This document shows positions 52,397-64,000 of a DNA stretch of 64,000 nucleotides, one piece after another (positions within the stretch are counted from its first letter, which is position 1; every line of letters starts with the position of its first letter). A program made the translations under genes and the position numbers. Location of the stretch: positions 94,364,001 through 94,428,000 of the forward strand of contig OX597820.1 of the NCBI GenBank assembly GCA_951406725.2, read 5' to 3'. The stretch is from Octopus vulgaris (Eukaryota). A model generated the notes under the pieces. That model saw nothing but the letters and a program-made list of their open reading frames with translations. It did no database searches and had not been told where the DNA came from.

Positions 52397-52778
52397 AGGC
52401 GGCGAGGTGGCAGAAACGTTAGCACGCCGGGTGAAATGCGTAGCTGTATTTCATCTGCCGCTACGTTCTGAGTTCAAATTCCGCCGAGGTCGACTTTGCC
52501 TTTCATCCTTTCAGGCTCGATTAAATAAGTACCAGTTACGCACTGGGGTTGATATAATCGACTTAATCCATTTGTCTGTCCTTGTTTGTCCTCTCTGTGT
52601 TTAATAAAGAAATAGGTATTTCGTTTGTCTTTAAGTTCTGAGTTCAAATTTCGCCTAGGTCGACTCTGCCTTTCATCCTTTTGGGGGTCGATAAATTAAG
52701 TACCAGTTGCATACTGAGGTCGATCTAATCGACTGTCCCCCTCTCCCAAAATGTCGGGCCTTGTGCCTAGAGTAGAAA
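52397..52778 (+). mobile_element. SINE family B dimer
   Basis: Full copy followed by a second headless unit after the AAAGAAATAGGTATTTCGT junction, the same junction as in the trimer. Confidence 0.75.
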
Positions 52779-53239
52779 TCATCATCATCATTATCATCAA
52801 TCATCATCATCAATCATCATCATCAATCATCATCATCAATCATTATCATCAATCATCATCATCATCATCAAGCAAGTAGAAGGGTATATTTTTCAACATG
52901 CAAATACTGAACAGTATATATAAAGGATAAAATTCTTTATATATACTGTTCAGTATTTACGTGTCGAAAAATATACCTTTCTACTTGTTCTACAATACAT
53001 TTCAACGCTTCAAAAACAATGTTATGTCTGTTTACATATGACTTTATTTTTATTATTATTACTATCATCATCATCGTCGTCGTCGTTATTGTTATTATTC
53101 AGTAGTTTTATTTTTATAGCGTGCTTTCACTTGACTACCGAGCGCAGCTCTGTGTGCCTTGGGTATGTGCTGTGATTTGTTGTGATGCTCTGATGGTTAT
53201 TGTACGGAAAGTGTTCTGCGAAGGATGTGTGCAGTGCAC

Positions 53240-53329
<90 letters not shown>

Positions 53330-53330
<1 letters not shown>

Positions 53331-53636
53331 CTTAGGTATCAAGCAACTTTCTTATAGTCCTTTCACAAGGACTATAAGACTTGTGAAAGGTAGGAGAGTC
53401 CAGTTTGCTGGACATTGTTGTAGAGCTGAAAAAGAAGTAATTTCTACTCTTCTCCTCTGGAAGCCATCTACTCGCAATACCAGAGGGCATACACTGTCCT
53501 ACCCTGATGTAATCTCCAGGGATACAGGCATCCAGCAACAGGACCTCCGTAATACCATGATGGACCGTGAAGTCTGGCGTAGCATGGTAAATTCCATTGT
53601 CTCGACCACGGTCGAACAATGATGAATGATGATGAT
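53330..53636 (+). mobile_element. RTE-clade LINE 3' end
   Basis: RRVQFAGHCCRAEKEVISTLLLWKP...M.DREVWR, followed by a (TGA)n tail. Confidence 0.75.
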
Positions 53637-54136
53637 ATAGTCCTTGCTGTGTAAGAAAAAAGGGTTTCTGTAGAATCTTAAAATTCTTATCGATAAAAGG
53701 CGATGCTTCAGCATGGCCGCAAACATGTGACAAACAAATAACACAGCTAATCATTCAAATTTCTTACAACTCTTCCTTTGGCACCTGTTTATGTCATATC
53801 TACAAAGCTACCCTGCTAAAATGTCTTACATTCACCCCCCAATACAATGACATATACAACAGCAAAGCTGGCTGGTTTTCTCCGTAGCTTTGAGTGCCGA
53901 ACAACGAAAGATAGTGCATTGAGACTAGTCTAAGACCTAACAACATATAGAAACAGACGCAGCAGAGCTGATGATGATGATGAGGAGGAGGAGGCATGAA
54001 TTTATAAACAAAAAAATTATAAGATCAAAGTAAATAATGGAATTTCATAATTGGGTGTTGTATAATATGATATTTATATTCTAACTCTCTTTCTACATGT
54101 TTGTAATAAACACAACACAGTTTTTATATGTTGCAG

Positions 54137-54289
54137 GTCAAAATGAGAATAGTTCTCTTATTGGAATATATTGCGGTCAAGACTTCCCGGAAGTGAAGAG
54201 TTCAGGAAGAAAAATATATGTTTCCTTCTATGCTGACGATAAAGGGGATAATGTGGGTTTTAAGGCACAGTATTTATCTGCAAAAGTAG
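54137..54289 (+). CDS. CUB protein exon 7 (CUB2 C-part: GQNENSSLIGIYCGQDFPEVKSSGRKIYVSFYADDKGDNVGFKAQYLSAKV)
   Basis: ttgcAG acceptor, G|GTGAGT donor, 153 nt, phase 1 to 1. IG-x-YCG...SSG...F-x-x-D...GF-x-A-x-Y. Confidence 0.93.
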
Positions 54290-54949
54290 GTGAGTAAGAA
54301 GAATAGTTGTGTTATGAAAGAAAATGTTTAATACATTTGTAGATTTATTACAATATTATATTTGTTTCTCTGTCTATTTGTGTATTGTATTTCCGTAAAG
54401 CAGGGGAAGAGGAACTTGCTTAACCAATTACCCCAAAATATATTTATTTACGCCGACTCTACCCTCCTGATTTGAAAGGAAGAAAATCATAGATTCTTTG
54501 AATTCAAAAGATTTATTGAATGTATCTATAGGGAAAATGCAATTAAAAATATAAAAAAGTATAAAACAAATGCGATAAAATATATTGATATCCTCATTAT
54601 GAAACAAAACGATTTCTCTAGAAACTTTTTCACTTCATGTTTTGGAGAAATGATGTTACAATCACATCAAAATTGCGGCATTCTGATTCCAGAGCAATTT
54701 GGATAGTCTTCGGATTTCAATCGATTACTCTGTTTTTATGTTCATTAGAGTGGGAATTTCTTGTTTGCAAAGGTATGTTGTCGCAAAAGGCAGCAACTTC
54801 TTGACTGCCTCCTCATGCCAGCTGAAAAATTTCTTTCGTAACAAGGAACACGTTTTTTTCTAATATATAATTTTACTGTCTAATGAGTCCTCATTACCCA
54901 CAAAAGTTTCATTTTAACCCCACTTCGGGTAATTTAACTCCGTTCGCTA

Positions 54950-55630
54950 ACCCCTGCCGTGAAGAAAGCTTTCAATAACACATGCATGCATAAATACAGG
55001 CATGCATGCATAGATGATGATAGCAGCATGTTTACAAGTGCTTACCGTCTCTTCTTGTTTCTCCATTGTCATTCCTTCCTTGTCACGGCCTTGTAAATGA
55101 CATTTTAAACTAGTTGCAGGTCTGCACGGTTTATGGTATAAAGGACAGATGCAAGTTGTGCTTTTTCCACAGCATTCATGGGATCGATTTGTAGAATAGC
55201 AAACTCTATGCTCGATGAGCTTCTTGAATTCGGAGCTAGTTCTACAGACTTTACTGCATTTCACGCAGGTTGTGTAACCACATCTTTAGAAAATGATATG
55301 ATGGATGATTGTTCTTTCCTGCTTCAGGTAGTTAACGTTACTAAACTTTGATAGGGGTACATGCTGACAAAAATTTACAAGTCTAGTTATTAATGTTTTC
55401 ATCGAGATTGTCAGTGTCCTTTATACGATTTCTCCACTCAGCCCTATTTGAATCTATCACCATCCACCACGTTGTCTATATCAAAAGCCAGCTCTTTCAG
55501 ACTGTTCTTGATGTTGTCTGTGTACCTATTTTTCGATTTGTTTTGAGGACGCTTTTCAAGTTTTAGCTCAACATAAAACAGTTGCTTTGAGAGTCTACCA
55601 TCCTCCACGTGGATGGTGTGTCCTACCTGT
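54950..55630 (-). mobile_element. Decayed RTE (BovB-like) LINE 3' end
   Basis: VGHTIHVEDGRLSKQLFYVEL...RYTDNIKNSLK, followed by degenerate C2H2-like stretches. Confidence 0.6.
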
Positions 55631-55665
55631 ATGAAAGATGTCAGAATACATACAGTACAGACATA

Positions 55666-56064
55666 TGGATGGAAGCACTCTCTTAGCACTCCGTCGGTTA
55701 CAACGATGAGGGTTCCGGTTGATCCGAATCAACGGAACAGCCTGCTCGTGAAATTAACGTGTAAGTGGCTGAGCACTCCACAGACACGTGCACCCTTAAC
55801 GTAGTTCTCGGGAATATTCAGCGTGACGCAGAGAGTGACAAGGCCGGCCCCTTGAAATACAGGTACAACAGAAACAGGAAGTAAGAGTGAGAGAAAGTTG
55901 TGGTGAAAGAGTACAGCAGGGATCACCACCATCCCCTGCCGGAGCCTCGTGGAGCTTTTAGGTGTTTTCGCTCAATAAACACTCACAACGCCCGGTCTGG
56001 GAATCGAAACCGCGATCCTATGACCGCGAGTCCGCTGCCCTAACCACTGGGCCATTGCGCCTCC
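55666..56064 (-). mobile_element. SINE family C, long-tail variant
   Basis: Same head, different 3' half. A decayed copy of this tail lies at about 596-785. Confidence 0.8.
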
Positions 56065-56485
56065 ACACAGACATATATTCATACCTAGGCATAGAGACAC
56101 ATAACATACTCTATACATCTGCCAAATCATTGTCTCTCTACAACATGAAACTATCAGTAGCTCTTTTTTAAATATATCGTATATATCTATGTATGTTTGT
56201 GTGCGTATGTGTATATGTGTGTATGTTTGTATGTGTATTTTTATATGTATATAGTTTTTTTTAAAATACAACTGAAGCTACTCGAGTTTCACGCTACTGC
56301 GATCTAAGGCTATCTCCAAGTTTTCTCTGAACATGAAAGTGATGTGCAACGCTAGCCACGTGAAAGCTATCAGCTTCATTTTTAATTTAAAAAATAGAGT
56401 ATATCCTCCTCATGTATTGCGCAGTCTTTCCTCATTTCTCCACCATTCATGAACGTGCACATGTGTGTATGTGTATGTATATATA

Positions 56486-56822
56486 GGCGTAGGAGTAGCT
56501 GTGTGGTAAGTAGTTTGCTTACCAACCACATGGCTCCGGGTTCATTCCCACTGCGTGGCACCTTGGGCAAGTGTCTTATACTATAGCATTGGGCCGACCA
56601 AAGCCGTGTGAGTGGATTTGGTAGACGGAAACTGAAAGAAACGCGTCGTATATATATATATATATGTACTCCGTGACTTAGCGGTTCGGCAAAACAGACC
56701 GATAGAATAAGTACTAGGCTAACAAAGAATAAGTCCTGGGGTCAATTTGCTCGACTAAAGGCGGTGCTCCAGCATCGCCACATTCAAATGACGGAAACCA
56801 GTAAAAGAAAAGAATAAAAGAA
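56486..56822 (+). mobile_element. SINE family A
   Basis: Family match. Partial copies also at about 4524-4692 (-) and 18950-19150 (-). Confidence 0.85.
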
Positions 56823-56945
56823 TATGTATACTATATATATATATATATCTAATATAGGATAACATTTTCGAAAAATTTTATCATTGGCCAGCATATTAAA
56901 AAAATACCTTTAAAGGTTAAATTTTATAAGTTGTTTATATATATT

Positions 56946-56985
<40 letters not shown>

Positions 56986-56986
56986 T

Positions 56987-57412
56987 GCACGTAAAAGCAC
57001 CATCCGTTCGCGTCCGCTGCCAGCCTCGGCTGGCCCCCGTGCCGGTGACACGTAAAAGCACCGTCCGCTCGTGGCCGTTTGCCAGCTCTGTCTGGCAACC
57101 GTGTCGGTGGCACGTAAAAGCACCATCCGTTCGTGTCCGTTGCCAGCATCGCCTGGCCCCGTGCCGGTGACACGTAAAAGCACCATCCGTTCGTGGCCGT
57201 TCGCCAGCTCTGTCTGGCACCTGTGCAGGTGGCACGTAAAAAACACCCACTACACTCGCGGAGTGGTTGGCGTTAGGAAGGGCATCCAGCCGTAGAAACA
57301 CTGCCAGATCTGACTGGGCCTGACGAAGCCTTCCAGCTTCACAGACCCCAGTTGACCCGTCCAACCCATGCTAGCATGGAAAGCGGACGCTAAACGATGA
57401 TGATGATGATGA

Positions 57413-57415
<3 letters not shown>
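56987..57415 (+). mobile_element. Retroposon with internal GC-rich minisatellite (about 61-bp units) and (GAT)n tail
   Basis: Four CACGTAAAAGCACC-initiated units plus a partial fifth, then GGTTGGCGTTAGGAAGGGCATCCAGCCGTAGAAAC and (GAT)n. Confidence 0.7.
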
Positions 57416-57464
<49 letters not shown>

Positions 57465-57572
57465 TGTAAATGTTATGAATACAGTGTTTTATGACATTTT
57501 AAAGACACCAAAACTTACAATGTTTCCTTCACTTCGTATTACCACTAATTATCATAACATTTATATTTTCAG

Positions 57573-57663
57573 GTTCAGAATGTTCTGGTTTGACAGTTCT
57601 AAAAGCGATTCGCAATAAAAAGAATTATTTAATATCACCAGATTATCCCCATTTTTATAGCAG
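57573..57663 (+). CDS. CUB protein exon 8 (CUB3 N-part: GSECSGLTVLKAIRNKKNYLISPDYPHFYS)
   Basis: ttttcAG acceptor, AG|GTATTC donor, 91 nt, phase 1 to 2. First Cys plus ISPDYP motif. Confidence 0.9.
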
Positions 57664-57761
57664 GTATTCACGAATAATTTTTTCACATATATACCCAGAG
57701 ACAAATTCACACAAGTAATGCATAAATGATAATATAGATGAAATTATATGTGTGTGCATGT

Positions 57762-57883
<122 letters not shown>

Positions 57884-58054
57884 AATCCAAGTAAAAAAAT
57901 TTATTTGACACTACTTTTAGAGTCCTGTCTCCCCAGCAGTAAATGCTTGGCTGTATTTTGTTAAAATATCTTTAAAATATTAAATATAAACTTATACGTA
58001 TGTATGTATGTATGTATGTATGTATGTATGTATGTATGTATGTATGTATGTATG

Positions 58055-58087
<33 letters not shown>

Positions 58088-58579
58088 TCATACATATACA
58101 CACATACATATATACTCACATATATAAACACATACAACACTTACACACACACATTTCTCATTTCGGCACTCCTGTTTGGTTGATAGCTGTGAGTCACATC
58201 TTTTCTTTCTTACCCATGTGTCATCTCTGCATGATAGTTACAAGCTCTTAAAGCCGACACCGCCAGCCCTACACCACCTCTTCTACTGCTTCTCTCTCCT
58301 TACCATCCACTCTTCTTTCTGCAAAAATAAAGTTTATGTCCATCGCCATTTTCTTTTTATACTACGTATGCTACATCTTGGCTTTAAGCCTGTCCATCAT
58401 AAATCCGTTTTTTTTCTTCTCACTGGCTATTTGTCTTCCTTATTCTCTCAATGCGTCTCTCTTTATACTGAGGCGGATTAACGGCCGAAACGTTGTGATT
58501 TCAATTGAAATGTTAAGCCAATGCGTTATTTACGAAACTTTGCTCCTTTCGTATTTTCCGATTTATCGTTTACTATATA

Positions 58580-59504
58580 CAGGATTGTGTAGAAAGGGCG
58601 GACGTTTTTGAGAAATTCACAAAATCATTAATTTTAGCTGTAAACAAATTTGATTGATATCAATGTATTCGTCTTGAATTAGCATTTGTCAAAATCAAGA
58701 TTGAAAAACAACATCCAACATGTGGTGTCCGTTTTCATTGATGCATTTCTGAAGGCGTTCTTGGCAGTTGGCCTTCACTCTCTCCAGCATTGCTCTGTCG
58801 ATTTGAGTGACTTCCACGCGAATAGCTTCCTTCAAGTCGTCCAATGCACGGGGAATATGCGCATACACACGTGGTTTGAGGTTTCTCTCGAGAAATAATC
58901 ACACATGGACAAATCCGAGGACCGATGGGACCAATGAATGTCAGCAAATCTGGAAATGAGGCGGTCACCGAAGAGAGAGGGTGAAGAACGTCCATTGGTG
59001 CTCTGGCTGTGTAAGCAGGGTGGAAATGCAGGTATTCATGCAAAATATGCCTTACCGATCGATTAATGATGCCAAGTCCAGTGGAATGCCTCCGAGCAGA
59101 GCGATTCGGACTTCGTATCAAACTTTGTCTGACGCGTTCCACATTTTCTGGTACCCGTACCGTTCGTGGCACCCCACCAGTCTCCTATTCATTAGTGCAC
59201 CTCGTGTACGAAGAGCATTCACCCAGTGTAAGATTGTATTACGAGTGAAAACAGCCTGATTTCGGTCAATGTTGAAGTGGTGCCGAAACTCATGCAGAAC
59301 TGCTGTGACAGACTCGTTATTCTTCACATAACTGTCGTAGGTAAACACGCGATGCTCAATCGCCCGCAACGCTATGGCTTCACCTGAAAAGAAAACAAAA
59401 TGCTAAGACACCACAGACTGAATGGTACCTGTCAGATATATGACCTTCCCCTTGAGCTGAGTAATAGCCATTTCAAAAACGTCCATCCTCTTTTTCCCAC
59501 CCTT
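58580..59504 (-). mobile_element. Internally deleted Tc1/mariner element (DUF4817-type N-terminal HTH, DD41D-like)
   Basis: TA-flanked degenerate TIRs sharing GGACGTTTTTGA. Peptides YVKNNESVTAVLHEFRHHF, PRTVRVPENVERVRQSLIRSPNRSARR. Confidence 0.8.
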
Positions 59505-59514
59505 TATATGCACG

Positions 59515-59546
<32 letters not shown>

Positions 59547-60142
59547 TGTATGTATGTATACACACGTTTTCGTTTATAAACGAAGGGGAAAGGACTCAAT
59601 ATGTTATAAAGTTTCAGACAAGTATAGTTGTACATGTGCGCTTATGCAGGCAATAATCAGCCAATGAAGCAGTGTATTGGTAGAACATAAGAGAGGCGGA
59701 TTCTCAATGGCCAATGTAGTCAAGTGTTAGTATATAATCCAGACCAGGGATAACAGTGTTGCTTTCGTAGTTACCCCACGAAACCTATCGTATTAGTTAG
59801 CAACAGCTTTTCAGGCGCACGAAAGTTGTCTAAGGAAAACTTTCTCTGATAGGGAGAATTAGTTACTATTTCTGTTCTCTGACTGAGGAATATCACGGAT
59901 AAATTTAATATATGATACTTTTCAGCAAGGCTTAGCCTACAGTGTGTTTGTATGTGAATGTGTGTGTGTGAGCTTGTGTATATATATATACAATTGCATA
60001 TATATATATACATAACCAAACACGTATACATATATGTATGCGCATGTACATATATATATTATGTATATATACATACATACATAGATACAAACACATACAT
60101 ACATACATACATATATACAAACATACGCACATACATACATAC

Positions 60143-60571
60143 AGAGTAACTGCTGCATTTGCTGAGCATATAAACAGTTTAGCTGCTCGTTTATCTGGAG
60201 ACTGTCAGAACAATGTGGACGCTTCTGATGAGAGCCCAGTAAGGTTCGAAAATCAATTAAGGTTGTTCGTCATTATTTCAGTCTGCGGAAATAACGCTAA
60301 AATTTGCTCTGTTTATAATTATACCACATGTTACATATTTATTATATCATACCTTGATACTGTGTGGACTAAGATCCCCGTTGACAGGCCGCTGGAATTT
60401 ATAGAGTTTGAAACGATTTCGGTATGCAAATTAGAAACATCTTCATAGAGTAACTGCTGCATTTGTTGAGTATACAGACAGTTTGGCTCTTTGTTTTTCT
60501 GAAGACTGTCAGAATGATGTGGATACCTCTGATGTGAACCCAATAAGGATCGAAACTAGATTAAGGAATCC
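60143..60571 (+). ncRNA. Retrozyme-like tandem repeat (304-bp period) with two type I hammerheads (60217-60268 and 60521-60571)
   Basis: Direct repeat AGAGTAACTGCTGCATTTG at 60143 and 60447. Cores CTGATGA (60225) and CTGATGT (60529), helix II GAGCC/GGTTC, GAAA, UUA site, helix I GGATACCT/AGGAATCC. Confidence 0.7.
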
Positions 60572-61148
60572 AGACGAACGGATATGGAAACAGTGATGCA
60601 AATAAACAAAGATTACTTGGGTTTGGTATACAATGTGTGTGTATATTTTTCAGTCAGCGGAGAAATGTCTAAAACTTACCCTCTGTTACATACATACGTG
60701 AATATATATATAAATACATACATACTCAATAAACTCTAATACACATTCCATCTATTTTATTAAAACCATATATATATGTGTGTGTTTGTGTGTGTGTGTG
60801 TGAAACATTGTCTGTCTTTTTCCGTCCTTGTTTTTGTATACATTCGCTGCTTACTTCCAAGGAATATAATGCTCTTAGCTTAGTTTTTCCTTGGGGCTGA
60901 CCAGATTGGAGCAATCTCAAGTATAATCAGCCGAAATTGCGAAGATAATCTGGAACTTGACTGAGGAAAGAATACTTCGAATGCCCCGTCCTTGTTTTCT
61001 TTGTATCGTTTATCTGGATGTTTTGTTGTCCCATTTTTGTATCACCTAACTGTCCGTATGTTTTGCGTTCTTGTCCCATTTTGTATTTTATTTATATATA
61101 TATATATATATATATGTACATACTCGTACATACACTTTTATTTTTCAG

Positions 61149-61273
61149 CAACCTCTCTTGTTCCTGGTTAATCACATCAACTACCGTTAACCGACCAATA
61201 TATCTGGATGTTGTTGATTCAGACATTGAGTATTCTCAAAGCTGCATGAAGGATTATGTAGAAATATATCTGG
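61149..61273 (+). CDS. CUB protein exon 9 (CUB3 middle: NLSCSWLITSTTVNRPIYLDVVDSDIEYSQSCMKDYVEIYL); gene continues beyond the window
   Basis: tttttcAG acceptor, G|GTTAGT donor, 125 nt, phase 2 to 1, same length and phase as exons 3 and 6. No CUB3 C-terminal exon seen before 64000. Confidence 0.92.
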
Positions 61274-61884
61274 GTTAGTTTCTTTGGTTTTTATATTTCT
61301 GCACACTCTGCATTTATCATCCTCTCTCCCTCTCTCTCTCTCTCTTTATTTTTGCTTTGTTTTTCTCCCCCTACAATTATATACGCATACAGACATATCC
61401 ATGAGATTCATTTAAATTCTTCGCAGAATTAAAGTTGGACCACTCAAATGTACTCACCCCTTTGCTTGGTACATCAGCTTTCTGGAATTCACTTTTTGTC
61501 CATGCTTAGCTTAGAGTTACCAACTTGCAATATTGGTCTCGCAAATTTCAGAGAGTCTTTGAAAGCTTTAGGCACAGAGTCTTCGACAAACAGATCGTTA
61601 TATTAAAAAATCTAAACGACTTCTTTTTCTGAGTTATAAAAAGCCCATCGATATGGGAATATATGGGTACGGGTTCATGTGTGCATATATATATATATAT
61701 ATATATACAAATATATATATATATATATATATATAAACAAATTCATAAGGGCAAACGAAAAAATTTCTAATGCCAAATATGCCGAAAAATTGGACATATT
61801 GTCCATTAACCATATAATTTTTTCACAATACGCACGCTACTCGAAAAAAGGTCGACAGAAATTTCTAAAAAATTCCATTATTAC

Positions 61885-61941
61885 CATATCGGACCGATTT
61901 CAGGGTTAGCTCATAACAGCCCTCCCTTCGTCAGTGATACA
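61885..61941 (-). ncRNA. Minimal hammerhead ribozyme
   Basis: GTATCA-CTGACGA-AGGG...CCCT-GAAA-TCGG-TC-CGATAT: intact core, 4-bp helix II, near-palindromic helix III, GUC site. Confidence 0.6.
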
Positions 61942-62152
61942 TGTGGCAAAAGAAATAAATGAGATACTTACTCATACCCATGGAAGAAGCAAACACTAAG
62001 TCATGAGCACAATTAAGTACCCCAAATACATCCAAAATAGAAATACTCCAGCCCATTCGAGACACGTGCGATTTGAACTGAGGCCCTCTAATGTAGGATA
62101 AATTTTTTTTCGAAAAAAAATTCTTTTCGAAAAATTTTTTATATATATATTT

Positions 62153-62228
<76 letters not shown>

Positions 62229-62466
62229 TCAACAAGTGAAATCTAGGGATTCTCAATATTACCAAACACTAGCGCTCAAATGAATGATTTGAACTTAAAC
62301 ACCGAAACCTTTACCGAGCACCGAGTCCGCAGGGTAAAGAGTGACTATAAGAGGAGTTCAGGTGAACGGATATGGAAACAGTGACGCAAATAAACAAAGA
62401 CTACTTGGGTTTGGTATACAATGTGTGTGTGTGTATGTGTGTGTGTGTGTGTGTGTGTGAGTGTTT

Positions 62467-62498
<32 letters not shown>

Positions 62499-63372
62499 AA
62501 TAGAGAGAAAGCAAAGACTGAAATTTGGTAGACGATAATATATAGATATTTGTATAATAACAGAACATACTTACACAGAGTGCAAAGACAGAAAATTAAA
62601 GGGGAGAAGGTAAAGTGTCGCAAGTCGGACAACTTTTACTGGGGACTCGGAGGTACTTCTTAATTTTGGTAGATGCTGCTCAACAGCTTTTGCTTTCTCT
62701 TTATTCACATCTATACATGTATATATATTTTGTATATCTAACCCAAACAGTTTAATTTGTTTATTTGCATCACACTCTCTCTCCCTCCCCCCCCCTCTCT
62801 CTCTCTCTCTCCATATATATATATATATATATAGTTAAGCTCCCCCACCCGCCAAAAAAAAAACGAAGAACAAACACGATAAAAACAACAACGCGAGGAC
62901 GTGATACATGCAAAATATTAAAAGACGCTCAGGGAAGGAAAGAAAGGTTGTTTTATATTTTGTGCAAAGCTCTTCTTCAGAAACAGGAGACAGAGGATAA
63001 TATCCCAAGAGAAAAGGAAGACGGAGCAAAAAAATCGCCAACAATCCTTTTCCTCTGTCTTCCTTTTTTGGTGGGGCCTACCCTGTATATGTACGTATAT
63101 ATGTATGTTGGTAGGTAGTTAGGAGGTAGGCAGGTAGGTAGGTAGGGAGGGAGTGAGGGGGGGATGGAGGTAGGAACGTATTTATTGGGATAGTATATCA
63201 TTGAATCATAAGTTGTGAGGGTACGAATCCTGGGTCATCTTAATTCACAGTATATCTATAAGTTGGAGATTTATAGCCACTTTTCTTCATCGCATGTTTT
63301 TGTTTCGCCGATGAGTGTTATAGCTCACACAAATTCATCTGCACCTAAAAATAATATACATTTAAACATATA

Positions 63373-64000
63373 TTAGGTTGTCAAGAAAGTTCTTGCGGTT
63401 TTTAACCTTTAAATTCAGATGCACATATCTCAGCTCAAACAAAACTTCATTAATCAAATTAAACACCATCAGAATCAACACACTTTTGCCAACGCGAAAA
63501 AGTTTATTTATGCCAGTAGTGTAAAAATCCTGCGTTCTGGTGGTGATGAAGATGTTGAATGCGTGTTTGGCATTGTCTTGGTTTTTGAAGCATTTCTCAC
63601 GCAGGAAGTTGTTGAGATGCTTGAAAAAGTAGTAGTCGGTAGGTGAGAGGTCTGGTGAGTATTGCGGATGAGGCAGAGTTTCGTAACCCAATTTGTTCAA
63701 CTTCTGTAGTGTTAGTTGTATGACGTGCGGCCGAGCGTTGTCGTTATCTATTGACCAATGCTGGCTGTTGTTGGAGTTTCTTATCCATTTCATCCATTTG
63801 CTGACAGTATTTCTCCGCCGTAATTGTTTCGCCTGGATCCCAAAAGCTGTGATGGATGAGACCGGCCGCAGACCATCAATCAGTCACCATGACCTTCTTT
63901 TGGTGCAACTTTGGCTTCGGGAAGTGCCGTGGAGCTTCGTCAGCGTCCAACTACTGAGCTGAACCTCACCGGATGTCGTAAAGAACCCACTTTTCATCGC
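63373..64000 (-). mobile_element. Mariner (DD34D, Hsmar1/cecropia-like) 3' half with TIR, truncated by the window edge
   Basis: TA|TTAGGTTGTCAAGAAAGTTCTTGCGGTTTT TIR. DNARPHV...LPHPQYSPDLSPTDYYFFKHL. Confidence 0.9.

Noticed and set aside
55990-56064. tRNA genes at SINE heads
   Set aside because: No complete cloverleaf, and each continues into a SINE body.
56987-57250. CACGTAAAAGCACC repeats as a CRISPR array
   Set aside because: The intervening sequences are similar to each other, and the array is embedded in a retroposon.
58462-58500. CTGAGGCGG...CCGAAACGTT hammerhead-like motif
   Set aside because: A9 missing and helix I not formed. Counted only as a decayed relic.
60886-60945. GGCTGA/TCAGCC-GAAATTGCG motif (related copy at about 38280-38380)
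   Set aside because: Stem and GAAA are present but the catalytic core is absent.

Overview
Repeat-saturated, AT-rich animal genomic DNA, most likely an octopus (inferred from the microsatellite load and the SINE, Penelope and R4 repertoire; not proven). One protein-coding gene is visible on the + strand: 9 GT-AG exons between 14754 and 61273 that splice in frame into a signal peptide followed by CUB1, CUB2 and two thirds of CUB3 (340 codons). The gene runs off the right edge of the window. The rest is transposon-derived. It includes several tRNA-derived SINE families, CR1/L2-group, RTE and R4/Dong LINE fragments, Penelope-like elements, non-autonomous Helitrons, Tc1/mariner, hAT and Chapaev-like relics, and a complete non-autonomous LTR element (tRNA-Trp PBS, 4-bp TSD) nested in a SINE. 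The most notable unannotated signal is a high density of hammerhead ribozyme (HHR) motifs. These comprise a 304-bp tandem unit bounded by two type I HHRs (retrozyme-like, sense to the pre-mRNA), a well-formed type I HHR at 3.7 kb, and several minimal or dimer-type HHRs in Penelope pseudo-LTRs, some in inverted or fold-back arrangements. Most ORFs in the supplied track are microsatellite or TE artefacts. All coordinates were read by eye; TE boundaries are approximate.
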